From contig OZ024751.1 of NCBI GenBank assembly GCA_964016885.1, forward strand, positions 2,232,001-2,296,000: a stretch of DNA of 64,000 bases, read 5' to 3'. The notes under the pieces were generated by a model, which was given only the letters and a program-made list of their open reading frames with translations, made no database searches and was not told the origin of the DNA. The translations under genes and the position numbers were made by a program. The DNA comes from Eledone cirrhosa. Taxonomy: Eukaryota. Shown here in pieces: positions 14,101-28,400 of this stretch (the first letter of the stretch is position 1; each line of letters starts with the position of its first letter).

Positions 14101-16458
14101 ACCATCTCTGTAGAACTGTCATATTGAACCTTCTCTGCTTAACTGTCATATTGAACTTTCTCTGTTGAACTGTCATGCTGAACCTTCCCTGTAGAACTGT
14201 CATGCTGTACCTTCCCTGTTGAACTGTCATGCTGAACCTACTCTGTTGAACTGTCATGCTGAACCTTCCCTGTTGAACTGTCATGTTGGATCTTCTCTGT
14301 TGAACTGTCATATTGTACCTTCCCTGTTGAACTGTCATGTTGGACCTTCCCTGTTTAACTGTCATATTGAACCTTCCCTGTTGAACTGTCATATTGAACT
14401 TTCTCTGTTGAACTGTCATGCTGAACCTTCCCTGTTCAACTGTAATGCTGAACCTTCTCTGTTGAACTGTCATATTGAACTTTCTCTGTTGAACTGTCAT
14501 GCTGAACCTTCCCTGTTTAACTGTAATGCTGAACCTTCTCTGTTGAACTGTCATATTGAACTTTCTCTGTTGAACTGTCATGCTGAACCTTCCCAGTTGA
14601 ACTGTCATGCTTAACCTTCCCTGTTTAACTGTCATATTGAACTTTCTCTGTTGAACTGTCATGCTGAACATTCCCTGCTGAACTGTCATATTGAACCTTC
14701 TCTGTTGAACTGTCATGTTGGACCTTCTCTGTTTTACTGTCATATTGAACCTTCTCTGTTTAACTGTCATATTGAACCTTCTCTGTTTAACTGACATATT
14801 CAACCTACTCTGTTGAACTGTCATGCTGAACCTTCCCTGTTGAACTGTCATGCTGAACCTTCACTCTTTAACTGTCATATTGAACTTTCTCTGTTGAAGT
14901 GTCATGCTGAATCTTCCCTGTTTAACTGTCATGTTGGACCTTCTCTGTTGAACTGTCATATTGAACCTTCTCTGTTGAACTGTCATGTTGAACCTTCTCT
15001 GTTGAACTGTCATATTGAGCCTTCTCTGTTGAACTATCATGTTGAACCTTCTCTGTTGAACTGTAATATTGAACCTCCCCTTTTTGAATTGCCATGTTGA
15101 ACCTTCTCTGTTGAACTGTCATATTGAACCTTCCCTGTTCAACTGTCATGTTGAACCTTCTCTGTTTAACTGTCATATTGAACTTTCTCTGTTGAACTGT
15201 CATGCTGAACCTTCCTTGTTGAACTGTCATGTTGAACCTTCTCTGTTGAACTGTCATGTTGGACCTTCTCTGTTGAACTGTCATATTGAACTTTCACTGT
15301 TGAACTGTCATGTTGAACCTTCTCTGTTGAACTGTCATATTGAACCTTCCCAGTTGAATTGTCATGTTGAACCTTCTTTGTTGAACTGTCATATTGAACC
15401 TTCCCTGTTCAACTGTCATATTGAACCATCTCTGTATAACTGTCATGTTGAACCTTCTCTGTTGAAATGTCATGTTGAACCTTCTCTGTTGAACTGTCAT
15501 ATTGAACCTTCTCTGTTGAACTGTCATGTTGAACCTTCTCTTTTGAACTGTCATATTGAACCTTCACTGTTGAATTGTCATGTTGAACCTTCTCTGTTGA
15601 ACTGTCATATTGAACCTTCCCTGTTCAACTGTCATATTGAACCGTCTCGGTGTAACTGTCATATTGAACCTTCTCTTAATAACTGTCATATTGAACCTTC
15701 TCTGTTTAACTGTCATATTGAACCTTCACTGTTGATCTGTGATGTTGGACCTTCTCTGCTGAACTGTCATGCTGAATCTTCCCTGTTGAACTGTCATGTT
15801 GAACTTTCTCTGTTGAACTGTCATACTGAAGCTTCTCTGTTGAACTGTCATATTGAACATATTCTGTTGAACTGTCATGCTGAACCTTCTCTGTTGAACT
15901 GTGATGCTGAACCTTCCCTCTTTAACTGTCATGCTGAACCTTCCCTGTTAAACTGTCATATTGAACTTTCTCTGTTGAACTGTCATGCTGAATCTTCCCT
16001 GTTTAACTGTCATGTTGGATCTTCTCTGCTGAACTGTCATGTTGAACCTTCTCTGTTGAACTGTCATGGTGAACCTTCTCTGTTGAACTGTCATATTGAA
16101 CCTTTCCTGTTGAATTGTCATTGTGAACCTTCTCTGTTGAACTGTCATATTGAACCTTCCCTGTTGAACTGTCATGTTGAACCTTCTCTGTTTAACTGTC
16201 ATATTGAACTTTCTCTGTAGAACTGTCATGTTGAACCTTCTCTGTTGAACTGTCATATTGAACCATCTCTGTAGAACTGTCATATTGAACCTTCTCTGCT
16301 TAACTGTCATATTGAACTTTCTCTGTTGAACTGTCATGCTGAACCTTCCTTGTTGAACTGTCATGTTGAACCTTCTCTGTTGAACTGTCATATTGAACCT
16401 TCCCTGTTGAACTGTCATGTTGAACCTTCCCTGTTGAACTGTCATATTGAACCTTCTC
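10443..16458 (+). repeat. Tandem duplication of a 2,997-bp (111-monomer) block, 2 copies
   Basis: ORF pairs 10853/13850, 11222/14219, 11816/14813 and 12072/15069 are all offset by 2,997. Rare markers CATGATAACC and CCTCCCCTTTTTG are shared at the same offset. Confidence 0.93.
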
Positions 16459-19400
16459 CGTTGAACTGGCATATCGAACTTTCTCTGTTGAACTGTCATG
16501 CTGAACCTTCCCTGTAGAACCGTCATGCTGTACCTTCCCTGTTGAACTGTCATGCTGAACCTAGTCGGTTGAACTGTCATGCTGAACCTTCCCTGTTGAA
16601 CTGTCATGTTGGACCTTCTCTGTTGAACTGTCATATTGAACCTTCTCTGTAGAATTGTCATATTGAACCTTCTTTGTTGAACTCTCATATTGAAATTTCC
16701 CTGTTGAACTATCATACTGAACCATCTCTGTTGAACTGTCATATTGAACATTCTCTGCTGAACTGTCATTTTGAACCTTCCCTGTTGAACTGTCATATTG
16801 AACCTTCTCTGTTGAACTGTCATGTTGAACTTTCTCTGTTGAACTGTCATGCTGAATCTTCCCTGTTGAACTGTCATACTGAACCTTCCCTGTTGAACTG
16901 TCATGCTGAACCTTCTCTGTTGAACTGTCATATTGAACTTTCTCTGTTGAACTGTCATGCTGAACCTCCCCTGTTGAACTGTCATGTTGAACCTTCCCTG
17001 TTGAACTGTCATGTTGAACCTTCTCTGTTAAACTGTAATATTTAACCTTCCCTGTTGAACTGTCATGTTGAACCTTCTCTGTTTAACCATCATATTGAAC
17101 TTTCTCTGTTGAACTGACATGCTGAACCTTCCTTGTTGAACTGTCATGTTCAACCTTCTCTGTTGAACTGTCATGTTGAACTGTCATGTTGACCCTTCTC
17201 TGTTGAACTGTCATATTGAACCTTCTCTGTTGAACTGTCATGTTGGACATTCTCTGTTGAACTGTCATATTGAACCTTCTCTGTAGAACTGTTATATTGA
17301 ACCTTCTCTGTTTTACTGTCATATTGAACTTTCTCTGTTGAAATGTCATGCTGAACCTTCCCTGTTGAACTGTCATGTTGAACTTTCTTTGTTGAACTGT
17401 CATACTGAACCTTCTCTGTTGAACTGTCATATTGAACCTTCCCTGTTGAACTGTCATGTTGAACCTTCTCTGTTCAACTGTCATATTGAACTTTCTCTGT
17501 TGAACTGTCATGCTGAGCCTTCCTTGTTGAGCTGTCATGTTGAACCTTCTCTGTTGAACTGTCACGTTGAACTGTCATGTTGAACCTTCTCTGTTGATCT
17601 GTCAGATTGAACCTTCTCTGTTGAACTGTCAATTTGGACTTTCTTTGTTGAACTGTCATATTGAACCTTCTCTGTATAACTGTCATATTGAACCTTCTCT
17701 GTTTAAATGTCATATTGAACCTTCCCTGTTGAACTGTCATGTTGGACCTTCCCTGTTTAACTGTCATATTGAACCTTCCCTGTTTAACTGTCATATTGAA
17801 CCTTCCCTGTTGAACAGTCATGCTGAACCTTCTCTGTTGAACTGTCATATTGAACTTTCTCTGTTGAACTGTCATGCTGAACCTTCCCTGTTGAACTGTC
17901 ATGCTGAACCTTCCTTGTTGAGCCGTCATGTTGAACCTTCTCTGTTGAACTGTCATGTTGAACTGTCATATTGAACCTTATCTGTTGAACTGTCATGTTG
18001 GACCTTCTCTGTTGAACTGTCATATTGAACCTTCTCTGTAGAACTGTCACAGTGAACCTTCTCTGTTTAACTGTCATATTGACCTTTCTCTGTTGAACTG
18101 TCATGCTGAACCTTCCCTGTTGAACTGGCATGTTGAACTTTCTCTGTTGAACTGTCATACTGAAGCTTCTCTGTTGAACTGTCATATTGAACCATCCATG
18201 TTGAACTGTCATGTTGGACCTTCCCTGTTGAACTGTCATATTGAACTTTCTCTGTTGAACTGTCATGCTGAACCTTCCCTGTTTAACTGTAATGCTGAAC
18301 CTTCTCTGTTGAACTGTCATATTGAACTTTCTCCGTTGAACTGTCATGCTGAACCTTCCCTGTTTAACTGTAATGCTGAACCTTCTCTGTTGAACTGTCA
18401 TATTGAACTTTCTCTGTTGAAATGTCATGCTGAACCTTCCCAGTTGAACTGTCATGCTTAACCTTCCCTGTTTAACTGTCATATTGAACTTTCCCTGTTG
18501 AACGGTCATGCTAAACATTCCCTGCTGAACAGTCATATTGAACCTTCTCTGTTGAACTGTCATGCTGAACCTTCCCTGTTGAACTGTCATATTGAACCTT
18601 CTCTGTTGAACTGTCATGTTGGACCTTCTCTGTTTAACTGTTATATTGAACCTTCTCTGTTTAACTGTCATATTGAACCTTCTCTGTTGAACTGTCATGC
18701 TGAACCTTCTCTGTTGAACTGTTATGCTGAACCTTCACTCTTTAACTGTCATATTGAACTTTCTCTGTTGAACTGTCATGTTGGACCTTCTCTGTTGATC
18801 TGTCATATTGAACCTTCTCTGTTGAACTGTCATGTTGAACCTTCTCTGTTGAACTGTCATATTGAGCCTTCTCTGTTGAACTGTCATATTGAACTTTCTC
18901 TGTTGAAATGTCATGCTGAACCTTCCCAGTTGAACTGTCATATTGAACTTTCTCTGTTGAACTGTCATGTTGGACCTTCTCTGTTTAACTGTCATATTGA
19001 AACTTCTCTGTTTAACTGTCATATTGAAGTTTCTCTGTTGAACTGTCATGCTGAACCTTCCCTGTTGAACTGTCATGCTGAACCATCCTTGTTGAGCCGT
19101 CATGTTGGACCTTCTCTGTTGAACTGTCATGTTGGACCTTCTCTGTTGAACTGTCATATTGAACCTTCTCTGTAGAACTGTCACATTGAACCTTCTCTTT
19201 TTAACTGTCATATTGAACTTTCTCTGTTGAACTGTCATGCTGAACCTTCCCTGTTGAACTGTCATGTTGAACTTTCTCTGTTGAACTGTCATACTGAAGC
19301 TTCTCTGTTGAACTGTCATATTGAACCTTCCATGTTGAACTGTCATGTTGGACCTTCCCTGTTTAACTGTCATATTGAACCTTCCCTGTTGAACTGTCAT

Positions 19401-22400
19401 ATTGAACTTTCTCTGTTGAACTGTCATGCTGAACCTTCCCTGTTTAACTGTAATGCTGAACCTTCTCTGTTAAACTGTCATATTGAACTTTCTCCGTTGA
19501 ACTGTCATGCTGAACCTTCCCTGTTAAACTGTAATGCTGAACCTTCTCTGTTGAACTGTCATATTGAACTTTCTCTGTTGAAATGTGATGCTGAACCTTC
19601 CCAGTTGAACTCTCATGCTTAACCTTCCCTGTTTAACTGTCATATTGAACTTTCTCTGTTGAACTGTCATGCTGAACCTTCCCTGTTTAACTGTAATGCT
19701 GAACCTTCTCTGTTGAACTGTCATATTGAACTTTCTCCGTTGAACTGTCATGCTGAACCTTCCCTGTTTAACTGTAATGCTGAACCTTCTCTGTTGAACT
19801 GTCATATTGAACTTTCTCTGTTGAAATGTCAAGCTGAACCTTCCCAGTTGAACTGTCATGCTTAACCTTCCCTGTTTAACTGTCATATTGAACTTTCCCT
19901 GTTGAACGGTCATGCTAAACATTCCCTGCTGAACAGTCATATTGAACCTTCTCTGTTGAACTGTCATGCTGAACCTTCCCTGTTGAACTGTCATATTGAA
20001 CCTTCTCTGTTGAACTGTCATGTTGGACCTTCTCTGTTTAACTGTTATATTGAACCTTCTCTGTTTAACTGTCATGCTGAACCTTCTCTGTTGAACTGTT
20101 ATGCTGAACCTTCACTCTTTAACTGTCATATTGAACTTTCTCTGTTGAACTGTCATGTTGGACCTTCTCTGTTGAACTGTCATATTGAACCTTCTCTGTT
20201 GAACTGTCATGTTGAACCTTCTCTGTTGAACTGTTATGCTGAACCTTCACTCTTTAACTGTCATATTGAACTTTCTCTGTTGAACTGTCATGTTGGACCT
20301 TCTCTGTTGAACTGTCATATTGAACCTTCTCTGTTGAACTGTCATGTTGAACCTTCTCTGTTGAACTGTCATATTGAGCCTTCTCTGTTGAACTGTCATA
20401 TTGAACTTTCTCTGTTGAAATGTCATGCTGAACCTTCCCAGTTGAACTGTCATATTGAACTTTCTCTGTTGAACTGTCATGTTGGACCTTCTCTGTTTAA
20501 CTGTCATATTGAAACTTCTCTGTTTAACTGTCATATTGAAGTTTCTCTGTTGAACTGTCATGCTGAACCTTCCCTGTTGAACTCTCATGCTGAACCATCC
20601 TTGTTGAGCCGTCATGTTGGACCTTCTCTGTTGAACTGTCATGTTGGACCTTCTCTGTTGAACTGTCATATTGAACCTTCTCTGTAGAACTGTCACATTG
20701 AACCTTCTCTTTTTAACTGTCATATTGAACTTTCTCTGTTGAACTGTCATGCTGAACCTTCCCTGTTGAACTGTCATGTTGAACTTTCTCTGTTGAACTG
20801 TCATACTGAAGCTTCTCTGTTGAACTGTCATATTGAACCTTCCATGTTGAACTGTCATGTTGGACCTTCCCTGTTTAACTGTCATATTGAACCTTCCCTG
20901 TTGAACTGTCATATTGAACTTTCTCTGTTGAACTGTCATGCTGAACCTTCCCTGTTTAACTGTAATGTTGAACCTTCTCTGTTAAACTGTCATATTGAAC
21001 TTTCTCCGTTGAACTGTCATGCTGAACCTTCCCTGTTAAACTGTAATGCTGAACCTTCTCTGTTGAACTGTCATATTGAACTTTCTCTGTTGAAATGTGA
21101 TGCTGAACCTTCCCAGTTGAACTCTCATGCTTAACCTTCCCTGTTTAACTGTCATATTGAACTTTCTCTGTTGAACTGTCATGCTGAACATTCCCTGCTG
21201 AACTGTCATATTGAACCTTCTGTGTTGAACTGTCATGCTGAACCTTCCCTGTTGAACTGTCATGCTGAACCTTCACTCTTTAACTGTCATATTGAACTTT
21301 CTCTGTTGAACTGTCATTCTGAATCTTCCCTGTTTAACTGTCATTTTGGACCTTCTCTGTTGAACTGTCATAATGAACCTTCTCTGTTGAACTGTCATGT
21401 TGAACCTTCTCTGTTGAACTGTCATATTGAGCCTTCTCTGTTGAACTGTCATGCTGAACCTTCCCTATTGAACTGTCATATTGAACCTTCTCTGTTGAAC
21501 TGTCATGTTGGACCTTCTCTGTTTAACTGTCATATTGAACCTTCTCTGTTTAACTGTCATATTGAACCTTCTGTGTTGAACTGTCATGCTGAACCTTCCC
21601 TGTTGAACTGTCATGCTGAACCTTCACTCTTTAACTGTCATATTGAACTTTCTCTGTTGAACTGTCATTCTGAATCTTCCCTGTTTAACTGTCATGTTGG
21701 ACCTTCTCTGTTTAACTGTCATATTGAATTTTCTCTGTTGAACTGTCATGCTGAACCTTCCTTGTTGAACTCTCTTGTTGAACCTTCTCTGTTGAACTGT
21801 CATATTGAACTTTCTCTGTTGAACTGTCATGTTGGACCTTCTCTGTTTAACTGTCATATTGAAACTTCTCTGTTTAACTGTCATATTGAACTTTATCTGT
21901 TGAACTGTCATGCTGAACCTTCTCTGTTGAACTGTCATGTTGAACCTTCTCTGTTGAAATGTCATGTTGAACCTTCTCTGTTGAACTGTCATGTTGAACC
22001 TTCTCTGTTGAACTGTCATATTGAACCTTCTCTGTAGAACTGTCATATTGAACCTTCTCTGTTTAACTGTCATATTGAACTTTCTCTGTTGAACTGTCAT
22101 GCTGAACCTTCCCTGTTGAACTGTCATGTTGAACCTTCTCTGTTGATCTGTCAGATTGAATCTTCTGTGTTGAACTGTCAAGTTGGACTTTCTCTGTTGA
22201 ACTGTCATATTGAACCTTCTCTGTAGAACTGTCATATAGACCCTTCTCTGTTTAAATGTCATATTGAACCTGCCCTGATGAACTGTCCTGTTGGACCTTC
22301 CCTGTTTAACTGTCATATTGAACCTTCCCTGTTTAACTGTCATATTGAACATTCCCTGTTGAACTGTCATGCTGAACCTTCTCTGTTGAACTGTCATATT

Positions 22401-25400
22401 GAACTTTCTCTGTTGAACTGTCATGCTGAACCTTCCCTGTTGAACTGTCATGCTGAACCTTCCTTGTTGAGCCGTCATGTTGAACCTTCTCTGTTGAACT
22501 GTCATGTTGAACTGTCATGTTGAACTGTCATATTGAACCTTATCTGTTGAACTGTCATGGTGGACCTTCTCTGTTGAACTGTCATATTGAACCTTCTCTG
22601 TAGAACAGTCACAGTGAACCTTCTCTGTTTAACTGTCATATTGAACTTTCTCTGTTGAACTCTCATGCTGAACTTTCTCTGCTGAATTGTGATGCTGAAC
22701 CTTCACTGTTGAACTGTCATGTTGAACGTTCCCTGTTGAACTGTCATGTTGAACCTTCTCTGTTTAACTGTCATATTGAACTTTCTCTGTTGAACTGTCA
22801 TGCTGAACCTTCCTTGTTGAACTGTCATGTTGAACCTTCTGTGTTGAACTGTCATATTGAACCTTCTCTGTTTAACTGTCGTATTGAACCTTCCCTGTTG
22901 AACTGTCATATTGAACTTTCTCTGTTGAACTGTCATGCTGAACCTTCCCTGGTGAACTGTCATGCTGAACCTGCCCTGTTAAACTGTCATGTTGAACCCT
23001 CTCTGTTAAACTGTCATATTTAACCTTCTCTGTTGAACTGTCATGTTGAACCTTCTCTGTTTAACCATCATATTGAACTTTCTCTGTTGAACTGTCATGC
23101 TGAACCTTCCTTGTTGAACTGTCATGTTGAACCTTCTCTGTTGAACTGTCATGTTGAACTGTCATGTTGAACTGTCATGTTGAACCTTCTCTGTTGAACT
23201 GTCATATTGAACCTTCTCTGTTGAACTGTCATGTTGGACATTCTCTGTTGAACTGTCATATTGAACCTTCTCTGTAGAACTGTCATATTGAACCTTCTCT
23301 GTTTAACTGTCATATTGAACTTTCTCTGTTGAACTGTCATGCTGAACCTTCCCTGTTGAACTGTCATGTTGAACTTTCTTTGTTGAACTGTCATACTGAA
23401 CCTTCTCTGTTGAACTGTCATATTGAACCTTCCCTGTTGAACTGTCATGTTGAACCTTCTCTGTTGAACTGTCATATTGAACCTTCACTGTTGAATTGTC
23501 ATGTTGAACCTTCTCTGTTGAACTGTCATATTGAACCTTCCCTGTTCAACTGTCATATTGAACCATCTCGGTGTAACTGTCATATTGAACCTTCTCTTAA
23601 TAACTGTCATATTGAACCTTCTCTGTTTAACTGTCATATTGAACCTTCACTGTTGATCTGTGATGTTGGACCTTCTCTGCTGAACTGTCATGCTGAATCT
23701 TCCCTGTTGAACTGTCATGTTGAACTTTCTCTGTTGAACTGTCATACTGAAGCTTCTCTGTTGAACTGTCATATTGAACATATTCTGTTGAACTGTCATG
23801 CTGAACCTTCCCTGTTGAACTGTGATGCTGAACCTTCCCTCTTTAACTGTCATGCTGAACCTTCCCTGTTAAACTGTCATATTGAACTTTCTCTGTTGAA
23901 CTGTCATGCTGAATCTTCCCTGTTTAACTGTCATGTTGGATCTTCTCTGCTGAACTGTCATGTTGAACCTTCTCTGTTGAACTGTCATGGTGAACCTTCT
24001 CTGTTGAACTGTCATATTGAACCTTTCCTGTTGAATTGTCATTGTGAACCTTCTCTGTTGAACTGTCATATTGAACCTTCCCTGTTGAACTGTCATGTTG
24101 AACCTTCTCTGTTTAACTGTCATATTGAACTTTCTCTGTAGAACTGTCATGTTGAACCTTCTCTGTTGAACTGTCATATTGAACCATCTCTGTAGAACTG
24201 TCATATTGAACCTTCTCTGCTTAACTGTCATATTGAACTTTCTCTGTTGAACTGTCATGCTGAACCTTCCTTGTTGAACTGTCATGTTGAACCTTCTCTG
24301 TTGAACTGTCATATTGAACCTTCCCTGTTGAACTGTCATGTTGAACCTTCCCTGTTGAACTGTCATATTGAACCTTCTCTTTATAACTGTCATATTGAAC
24401 CTTCTCTGTTTAACTGTCATATTGAACCTTCTCTGTTGAACTGTGATGTTGGACCTTCTCTGCTGAACTGTCATGCTGAATCATCCCTGTTGAACTGTCA
24501 TGTTGAACTTTCTCTGTTGAACTGTCATACTGAAGCTTCTCTGTTGAACTGTCATATTGAACATTTTCTGTTGAACTGTCATGCTGAACCTTCCCTGTTG
24601 AACTGTGATGCTGAACCTTCCCTCTTTAACTGTCATGCTGAACCTTCCCTGTTAAACTGTCATATTGAACTTTGTCTGTTGAACTGTCATGCTGAATCTT
24701 CCCTGTTTAACTGTCATGTTGGATCTTCTCTGTTGAACTGTCATATTGAACTTTCTCTGTTGCACTGTCATGATAACCTTCTCTGCTGAACTGTCATGTT
24801 GAACCTTCTCTGTTGAACTGTCATGTTGAACCTTCTCTGTTGAACTGTCATATTGAGCCTTTCCTGTTGAATTGTCATTGTGAACCTTCTCTGTTGAACT
24901 GTCATATTGAACCTTCCCTTTTGAACTGTCATGTTGAACCTTCTCTGTTTAACTGTCATATTGAACTTTCTCTGTTGAACTGTCATGTTGAACCTTCTCT
25001 GTTGAACTGTCATATTGAACCATCTCTGTAGAACTGTCATATTGAACCTTCTCTGCTTAACTGTCATATTGAACTTTCTCTGTTGAACTGTCATGCTGAA
25101 CCTTCCCTGTAGAACTGTCATGCTGTACCTTCCCTGTTGAACTGTCATGCTGAACCTACTCTGTTGAACTGTCATGCTGAACCTTCCCTGTTGAACTGTC
25201 ATGTTGGATCTTCTCTGTTGAACTGTCATATTGTACCTTCCCTGTTGAACTGTCATGTTGGACCTTCCCTGTTTAACTGTCATATTGAACCTTCCCTGTT
25301 GAACTGTCATATTGAACTTTCTCTGTTGAACTGTCATGCTGAACCTTCCCTGTTCAACTGTAATGCTGAACCTTCTCTGTTGAACTGTCATATTGAACTT

Positions 25401-28400
25401 TCTCTGTTGAACTGTCATGCTGAACCTTCCCTGTTTAACTGTAATGCTGAACCTTCTCTGTTGAACTGTCATATTGAACTTTCTCTGTTGAACTGTCATG
25501 CTGAACCTTCCCAGTTGAACTGTCATGCTTAACCTTCCCTGTTTAACTGTCATATTGAACTTTCTCTGTTGAACTGTCATGCTGAACATTCCCTGCTGAA
25601 CTGTCATATTGAACCTTCTCTGTTGAACTGTCATGTTGGACCTTCTCTGTTTTACTGTCATATTGAACCTTCTCTGTTTAACTGTCATATTGAACCTTCT
25701 CTGTTTAACTGACATATTCAACCTACTCTGTTGAACTGTCATGCTGAACCTTCCCTGTTGAACTGTCATGCTGAACCTTCACTCTTTAACTGTCATATTG
25801 AACTTTCTCTGTTGAAGTGTCATGCTGAATCTTCCCTGTTTAACTGTCATGTTGGACCTTCTCTGTTGAACTGTCATATTGAACCTTCTCTGTTGAACTG
25901 TCATGTTGAACCTTCTCTGTTGAACTGTCATATTGAGCCTTCTCTGTTGAACTATCATGTTGAACCTTCTCTGTTGAACTGTAATATTGAACCTCCCCTT
26001 TTTGAATTGCCATGTTGAACCTTCTCTGTTGAACTGTCATATTGAACCTTCCCTGTTCAACTGTCATGTTGAACCTTCTCTGTTTAACTGTCATATTGAA
26101 CTTTCTCTGTTGAACTGTCATGCTGAACCTTCCTTGTTGAACTGTCATGTTGAACCTTCTCTGTTGAACTGTCATGTTGGACCTTCTCTGTTGAACTGTC
26201 ATATTGAACTTTCACTGTTGAACTGTCATGTTGAACCTTCTCTGTTGAACTGTCATATTGAACCTTCCCAGTTGAATTGTCATGTTGAACCTTCTTTGTT
26301 GAACTGTCATATTGAACCTTCCCTGTTCAACTGTCATATTGAACCATCTCTGTATAACTGTCATGTTGAACCTTCTCTGTTGAAATGTCATGTTGAACCT
26401 TCTCTGTTGAACTGTCATATTGAACCTTCTCTGTTGAACTGTCATGTTGAACCTTCTCTTTTGAACTGTCATATTGAACCTTCACTGTTGAATTGTCATG
26501 TTGAACCTTCTCTGTTGAACTGTCATATTGAACCTTCCCTGTTCAACTGTCATATTGAACCGTCTCGGTGTAACTGTCATATTGAACCTTCTCTTAATAA
26601 CTGTCATATTGAACCTTCTCTGTTTAACTGTCATATTGAACCTTCACTGTTGATCTGTGATGTTGGACCTTCTCTGCTGAACTGTCATGCTGAATCTTCC
26701 CTGTTGAACTGTCATGTTGAACTTTCTCTGTTGAACTGTCATACTGAAGCTTCTCTGTTGAACTGTCATATTGAACATATTCTGTTGAACTGTCATGCTG
26801 AACCTTCTCTGTTGAACTGTGATGCTGAACCTTCCCTCTTTAACTGTCATGCTGAACCTTCCCTGTTAAACTGTCATATTGAACTTTCTCTGTTGAACTG
26901 TCATGCTGAATCTTCCCTGTTTAACTGTCATGTTGGATCTTCTCTGCTGAACTGTCATGTTGAACCTTCTCTGTTGAACTGTCATGGTGAACCTTCTCTG
27001 TTGAACTGTCATATTGAACCTTTCCTGTTGAATTGTCATTGTGAACCTTCTCTGTTGAACTGTCATATTGAACCTTCCCTGTTGAACTGTCATGTTGAAC
27101 CTTCTCTGTTTAACTGTCATATTGAACTTTCTCTGTAGAACTGTCATGTTGAACCTTCTCTGTTGAACTGTCATATTGAACCATCTCTGTAGAACTGTCA
27201 TATTGAACCTTCTCTGCTTAACTGTCATATTGAACTTTCTCTGTTGAACTGTCATGCTGAACCTTCCTTGTTGAACTGTCATGTTGAACCTTCTCTGTTG
27301 AACTGTCATATTGAACCTTCCCTGTTGAACTGTCATGTTGAACCTTCCCTGTTGAACTGTCATATTGAACCTTCTCCGTTGAACTGGCATATCGAACTTT
27401 CTCTGTTGAACTGTCATGCTGAACCTTCCCTGTAGAACCGTCATGCTGTACCTTCCCTGTTGAACTGTCATGCTGAACCTAGTCGGTTGAACTGTCATGC
27501 TGAACCTTCCCTGTTGAACTGTCATGTTGGACCTTCTCTGTTGAACTGTCATATTGAACCTTCTCTGTAGAATTGTCATATTGAACCTTCTTTGTTGAAC
27601 TCTCATATTGAAATTTCCCTGTTGAACTATCATACTGAACCATCTCTGTTGAACTGTCATATTGAACATTCTCTGCTGAACTGTCATTTTGAACCTTCCC
27701 TGTTGAACTGTCATATTGAACCTTCTCTGTTGAACTGTCATGTTGAACTTTCTCTGTTGAACTGTCATGCTGAATCTTCCCTGTTGAACTGTCATACTGA
27801 ACCTTCCCTGTTGAACTGTCATGCTGAACCTTCTCTGTTGAACTGTCATATTGAACTTTCTCTGTTGAACTGTCATGCTGAACCTCCCCTGTTGAACTGT
27901 CATGTTGAACCTTCCCTGTTGAACTGTCATGTTGAACCTTCTCTGTTAAACTGTAATATTTAACCTTCCCTGTTGAACTGTCATGTTGAACCTTCTCTGT
28001 TTAACCATCATATTGAACTTTCTCTGTTGAACTGACATGCTGAACCTTCCTTGTTGAACTGTCATGTTCAACCTTCTCTGTTGAACTGTCATGTTGAACT
28101 GTCATGTTGACCCTTCTCTGTTGAACTGTCATATTGAACCTTCTCTGTTGAACTGTCATGTTGGACATTCTCTGTTGAACTGTCATATTGAACCTTCTCT
28201 GTAGAACTGTTATATTGAACCTTCTCTGTTTTACTGTCATATTGAACTTTCTCTGTTGAAATGTCATGCTGAACCTTCCCTGTTGAACTGTCATGTTGAA
28301 CTTTCTTTGTTGAACTGTCATACTGAACCTTCTCTGTTGAACTGTCATATTGAACCTTCCCTGTTGAACTGTCATGTTGAACCTTCTCTGTTCAACTGTC

